Of a stretch of DNA of 63,850 nt, positions 50,262-63,850 are shown one piece after another. The stretch comes from Octopus bimaculoides (lineage: Eukaryota), in assembly GCF_001194135.2 (NCBI RefSeq), contig NC_069001.1, forward strand, positions 37,577,308-37,641,157. The letters are read 5' to 3'. Every line of letters starts with the position of its first letter. The stretch's first letter is position 1. Both the position numbers and the translations under genes were made by a program. The notes below the pieces were generated by a model. The model was not told the DNA's origin. It did no database searches and was given only the letters and a program-made list of their open reading frames with translations.

Positions 50262-51518
50262 GGTCACACCTTGTACATGTTTGCTTCTTTAATGTTTTGA
50301 TGCAGTTCCATTATAACAGAATATTTCAATCTTTTTTTGTGCCAATATTTGATACCAATTTGTCATCTTTTAGAATTGGTTTGATCCCAATTTGATAACC
50401 TGCCAAATTGGTAAGCTGTGAATTAGGTATCTAGTCAAATTGGTAAGATAGCAATTTGGTATGTTGTCAAGTTGGTAAGAAATCAGTTTGGTATCTTAGC
50501 AAATATAAATCCATGTTGACAAAGTCATGCAGATGACAGAGTTTCTGTTATTCTGATGGAAATTGTACTGAAGACTATTCAAAGTTTTGTTTAAAAAATC
50601 ACTTTTTTTTTCCTGTTTTCTATTTGAGAGAATATAAACCATATTTTAGAATATAAAGTGTATTTTTGGAATATATTTTGAAAATAAAGTATATTTTTAA
50701 AATCTTCACAGACTTTTCCAATATATTCAGTCTCAACGCATAACACCTTGGGCAAATGTCTTCTGCCTTGGGAGCAGATTTTCCAGATGCCCATTGTGTA
50801 TGCTTGCATGTGTGTATCATCATCATCATCATCATCATCATTTAAAATCTGTTTTCCATGCTGGGATGGGTTGGACAGTTTGACAGGAAGTAGAGGGCCA
50901 CAATGCTGTGCCAAGCTCCAGCATCAAATCTGGGATATTTTCTATGGCCAGATGTCCTTCCTAAAACCAACCACCTTACAATGGTGCTTTTGTCTGTGCC
51001 ACTGGCACAAGTGAATTTCCAGGTAAGTTGTAAGACAAGAACGAAAATGGCAGAGCCCTCAGGGGAGGGGTGGAGGCAGGTGGGAATTTGTCAAGTACTG
51101 AGAGGCTGAAGTATGGATAAAGGAACCAAGGTTAAGAGATGGTCTTGGCATTGCATGAGAAGTTGTTAGTAAGAGTTACCACCATCCAAATAGTGTTCCT
51201 CATTTCCAGGCTTTCATGGAAACATCCCCTGGCCCAGGGGGAAATATTACTTTACTTGGAAACGAGGCAGTGTTGGTTGGAAATATACATTTGAAGGCTA
51301 TCAGAGATTAAATTGAAACTAAATGTAGCTAAAATGCAAATATTTTAACTGTATTTCACTCCAGAGTTGACTGGTTTGAATCCTGTCTGGTACATCCAGG
51401 AATAAGACATCCGATGATGAGCAAACATTAAAGTCAATCAAAAGTTAATGGAGAGTAAACAACATTTTTCTGTCTCCAAAGATGGGTTAAGTTCTTCTAA
51501 AAAAAATTAAAATCTTAA

Positions 51519-51729
51519 CCCTTTAACTTTTAAACTGGCCATATCCAGTCCAAATATTCTACATGTTCTGTGTTCAAACCGGCTAGATCTGGCCTTTCAC
51601 ACCTACCCATAAATATTGTTCTAAAAATATACATTCACATCGTTGAAATCGTGGAAGTTATGAGATAATGCAGGATTAAATCAAAACAATAAGCATTACT
51701 TTTGACAGAATAATCTGAAAGCTAAAGGG
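51519..51729. mobile_element. piggyBac-like MITE (family P1)
   Basis: TTAA-CCCTTT ... AAAGGG-TTAA; the body aligns with 39557-39777. Confidence 0.8.
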
Positions 51730-52250
51730 TTAATAACATTTAATTAAGAAAACAGTCTTGGAAATAACGAGACAGTAAATTGCACCAACTTAGAGATGAA
51801 TAAATACTTTAATATTTGGACATTGTTGTCTTTATTTTTTTTAATAGAAATTTCATAGAATTTTATTTAAAAATGTGTTTTTTTTGCAATCTGTTAAAGA
51901 GTCATTAAATGCTTCATATGAATAAAAATACAAACATACATTATATACACTAAAGCATACATACATATGTGTGTGCATGCATGTTTGTTTTATATGTATT
52001 TCAAGTCTCTCTCTCTCTTCATTGTACAGCCCTATTAGGTCAAAGCTTATTCCAGTCTCCGTGGTGGAGAAGAATCGTCCCAGAAGGGGACATCAGACCA
52101 GTGCAGGTTTAACCCTCCAGCAGTCTTAGGAACCTATTTTCAGATAGGTAGACCAAACCATTGCGAAACAAAGCATCTTGCTCAAGGGTATAATGTGCCA
52201 CCTGATTCAAGTCAGCTTCTTGACCACACAGGCATGACTGTGCCTACATA

Positions 52251-52431
52251 TGAGGGGGTACTGGAAAGTTCTTGGCTTTAAGAGTATCACGAAAGGCCTG
52301 GTTGGTGGCCCAACCGTATGAGTTCTTTTGCAGGGCTTAAAAAAACTGAAGGACCACTGCAAAAAGCGAGTGATTAACTGATCCTTCTGTATTTTCTTTT
52401 AACTGAAGCTAGGAACTTTTCAGCACCCCTT
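52251..52431. mobile_element. mariner-like MITE
   Basis: TA-TGAGGGGGTACTGGAAAGTTCTTGGC ... GCTAGGAACTTTTCAGCACCCCT imperfect TIRs. Confidence 0.65.
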
Positions 52432-54456
52432 CAGGTATATATATAATGACACGTGGCAGGAAGCTTGTCTATATTTTACTCGGTATGTGTGTGTATGTTT
52501 GCCCCTGTCCTGATGGTGGCATCTGTTTGCAATTCTCTCCAAATGCAGGTCCAGCCACTGAGCTGTTTGTTGTTCAAAGGCCAAGGGAAATGTTCTTTTC
52601 TTCTCTAGGCACAATTTTTGGGGAGGCAGCCAGTCGATTAGATCAACCCTAGTATGCAACTGGTACTTAATTTATCGACTCTGAAAAGATGAAAGGCAAA
52701 GTCGACCTCGGTGGAATTTGAACTCAGAACGTAAAGACAGATAAACTACCACTAAGCATTTCACTAAGCTGACGATTTCCCTTGTCCAGGTCACCACCTT
52801 GGACTTATAAACAGTACTGCAGCATTGAAGAGGCATTGCACCAGCATGGCCACAGTAAAGGTAGCAAAACAGATGAAAGAATATAAAATTCAGTACCCCC
52901 ACTGCCCCTGTCTGTATATGGTACCATTCTAAGGCAGTGAGCTGGCAGAAACATTAGCATGCTGGGCAAAGTGCTTCATAGTATTTCGCCTGCCATTACG
53001 TTCTGAGTTCAAATTCTGCCGAGGTCGACTTTGCTTTTCATCCCTTCAGGGTTGATAAATTAAGTAGTAGTTGTGTACTGGGGTCGATCTAATCGACTGC
53101 CCACCCCTCTCCAAAAATTTCGGGCCTTCTGCATAGAGTAGAAAAGTATATGGTACCATTTCAATGACACGGGGTGACAGTGCTAAGCAGTGATATGTAT
53201 AACTACAAACTCGTTATCGGTTCAAATCTGCTTGAGGAATATTTGGACCTGTAGACAAATAGGTGTAAATACACTTACTGCTGCTTCATGTAGAAATCTA
53301 GGCAAGCAGGGTTGCAATCACCACTGTGATAATGAAGATGAACAATGGTTTAAACTTTGGAGCCATTTATTTCTTACACACATGTTACAATGTGCGTTTT
53401 AGGGTGGAGTGAAAATAAAACATTGTGGACATTAAAAATGCCTGAGGGCTAAAATGTTGATATATTTGATTACTAGAAAAATGCTGAATTTTCGTTGAGA
53501 TCAATCACGCTCAACCAGTCACTGAACGATGACAGGAATATCATAAGAGGGACCTGTTTTTTGTGTCAGTTCACAGAGCTGCTTTTTCAGTATCTGTTGC
53601 TGAAGGGGAGATAACCACTCTGAAATGCAGGCATTCCACAGTCTGGATAAGCGATGCTGTGGGCTGACTCAGTGTATTTTACACCTATATGTCTACAGCG
53701 AGAAATTTTCTCCATGACAAAACAGTTTCAAGCATATTGAACTGGTAACAATTTTGTATTTCAAAAACAACAATACTTCAAAGTTAATTCCCACCACCAC
53801 CCTCTCCAAAACTAAATATTCTTTGGAAACGATGTGAAAGTAAAATTCTAAGGGTCAGAGGTCGGATGATTAACGAATTTCAAGATTAATTACAGTATTT
53901 TATGGCATAAACGACACAGGGACATATCTGGGGAAAAAAATTGGGTTTTTACACAGACTAGAACCTCAAATTAACAACAGACTGGAGGCTGGTAATCAAT
54001 ATATTATTTAGCTACATCTGGATGCGTATAGGTTCATTTGTGATATGCTCATCTATTGTTTATAACAAAAAAAAAAAGAAAAGAGGGAAGAAAAAAGGAA
54101 GCTGCATGTATAATACATAACTTAGAAGCAGAGCTACAGATGTACCAACACACACGAGATTGAGACATGGCTGACTTCATGCACTTCTCATGAGGAATTC
54201 TGGGAGGAGCTTCGTGAGACCACTGCTGAGACGCTTCCAAAAAAAGAAAAGCCATTGGAAAACCGATTATAGCAGTGACTCGATCTAAGAATATCTGAAG
54301 AAGGAATTGTATTCCGAAATATCATCGGACTATGGATAACTAAGTTACAACAGGTATATAGTCCATGTTTTTGTATTATAGTGCATTGTTGTACCATTCA
54401 AAACTTTTTACTCTTTACAAACAATACACAATGCTTCAAGCGAACTACAATACTCT

Positions 54457-54510
<54 letters not shown>

Positions 54511-55193
54511 CATACATAATAATTGACCCTTTTTGTCTATGCAGACGGTCAGTTTAGCTTAGAGGTCACTTAAGCAAACATATCAGGGGCTCCTTTTCTT
54601 GCAGCTTCTTTCATTTAGGCTCAGATTACTGAATGCATTCAGCATTCTGAGCCTGAGTGAGACAGGCTTCTGCAAGAAGCCTGAGAAACCTTAAGTCACA
54701 TGAAACCAAATCAAAACGTTTTAATTAATGATACATGTAACTCTTACTAAATGTGTTGAGCGCATTCTTTTTCTCTCATTTGTCCACTCACTCATATATG
54801 TGTGTGTGTGTGTCTTCATATCTGTGTTTGTCCCCCCACCACCATTTGACAACTGGTGTTGCTGTGTTAATGACCCTGTAACTCAAGGGTTCGGGAAAAG
54901 TAGCTGATGAAATAAGTACCAGCCTTGAAAAAAATAAATAAGTCCTGGGGTCAATCCATTTGACTAAAATTCTTCAAGGTGCTGCTCCAGCATGGCCACA
55001 GTCTAATGACTGAAACACGCAAAAGATAAAAAATAACAGATGAAGATTACAACTGAACATAAAGAAATTACGATAATGAAAATAGCCTCCATGATTATGG
55101 GGTCAAAACTTAGCTTCAGAGGCCTAACTTTGCACATAGGCCCTGGGGTGAGTTTCTTTTTAAACAGTTTTTTGCGGGAAAAAATAGTCTTGA

Positions 55194-56183
55194 GATTATC
55201 TCAACAGATTTTCTATAAAAATTATAGACAGCACTGATTCGTTATGACATTTCATATCCGAATACGTTTAATGTAAACAACAATGCGATGAAAGATAGAA
55301 AAATAGGTAATGGGTGTATATGCACATTTCAGGAGTTTTTGCACTTTCATCAGCTCCTATCTAACCTATTAACCATCCATGAACTCATCCCTTTATATAA
55401 CCACTAAATATAGCAATGTAACATTATTGGAAAAACCAATTTTACAGATTAAAAACATTCTGGGCTGCTGGTACATACATGTTACTTACTTGTAGGGACA
55501 CCGTATTTTGTTATATAACCATAACATACTACAAAGTATATTAAATGCTTTTATAAGTCAGTACTGTGTTCTTCTGTGTTAGCAGTGCTATTAAATCACA
55601 TATTAAGGTTATCTCTACAGATTTTCTATACAGATTACAGCCAGCACTGATTTGTTATGTCATTTCGTATCTGAATACATCTAACGTAGCACTGCTAACA
55701 CAGAAGAACACCATACTGACTCATAAAAACGTTTGATATACATTGTGGTATATTATGGTTGAATAACGAAATATGGTGTCCCTACAAGTCATTAATATTT
55801 ACATATAAGCTTCCAGGAATATGTTCAATATGTAAAATTGATACATCCGATCATGTTTCACTGCTATATTTAGTAGTTATGTAAGCAACGAGTTCATGGA
55901 TGGTTAATCGGTTGGATGGGAGCTGATGAAGAAGCAAACACTCCAGAAATATGAATATACGCCCATTACCCATTTTCATCATCAATCTCATTGTTATTTT
56001 ACATCAGGTGTCTTTGATACGAAATCAGTACTGGTTATAATTTCTATACAAAATCTGTAGAGATAACCTTAATATGTGATTTAATAGCACTGCTAACACA
56101 GAAGAACACCGTATTGACTCATAAAAACGTTTGATATACTTTGTGGTATATTATGGTTGTACAACGAAATATGGTGCCCCTAG
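55194..56183. repeat. Complex fold-back built from a ~400-bp unit (about 1.2 copies forward, then about 1.2 copies inverted)
   Basis: 55194-55590 pairs imperfectly with about 55688-56085; 55566-55625 is an exact 60-nt reverse complement of 56050-56109. Confidence 0.88.
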
Positions 56184-56277
56184 TGTGTCTTAGATGCCAT
56201 CAAATATGGTAGATACCATCAAGTTCCCCTCCCAGTCTCTCTCTCTCTCTCTTTCTCTCAGCACAACATGAGAACTC

Positions 56278-63745
<7,468 letters not shown>

Positions 63746-63850
63746 CTGAAACAAAGGAAGACAGGACCATCACCATCACCATCATCACCATCACCACCAT
63801 AACATCATCATCATTGTCGTCGTCATTGTCAATCTTCTAGACATAACTGC

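Overview
AT-rich, microsatellite- and SINE-dense eukaryotic DNA with several N gaps; the repeat content suggests an octopod cephalopod genome (inference). Four intron-containing genes were reconstructed by hand from GT-AG splice sites with consistent reading phase. (1) The 5' end of HERC1, minus strand, 5 coding exons, running off the left edge. (2) A complete PIH1D1, minus strand, 10 exons, 312 aa. (3) A complete ALDH16-family aldehyde dehydrogenase, plus strand, 14 exons, 824 aa, with the catalytic Cys retained. (4) The 3' end of a divergent ABCC/MRP transporter, minus strand, 7 exons, entering from the right edge. PIH1D1 and ALDH16 are head-to-head with ATGs about 2 kb apart, the same arrangement I recall for human PIH1D1/ALDH16A1. 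Non-coding highlights are a ~1 kb fold-back just after the ABCC stop codon, three inverted-repeat structures at 16.8-17.7 kb (one a long-TIR transposon with an 8-bp TSD), orphan exon-like segments at 18.6-19.9 kb, and recurrent tail-outward pairs of RTE 3' ends. Most ORFs in the supplied track are microsatellite, gap or repeat artefacts. I found no CRISPR array, rRNA or true tRNA gene. All homology calls are from motif recognition and memory, not from database searches.
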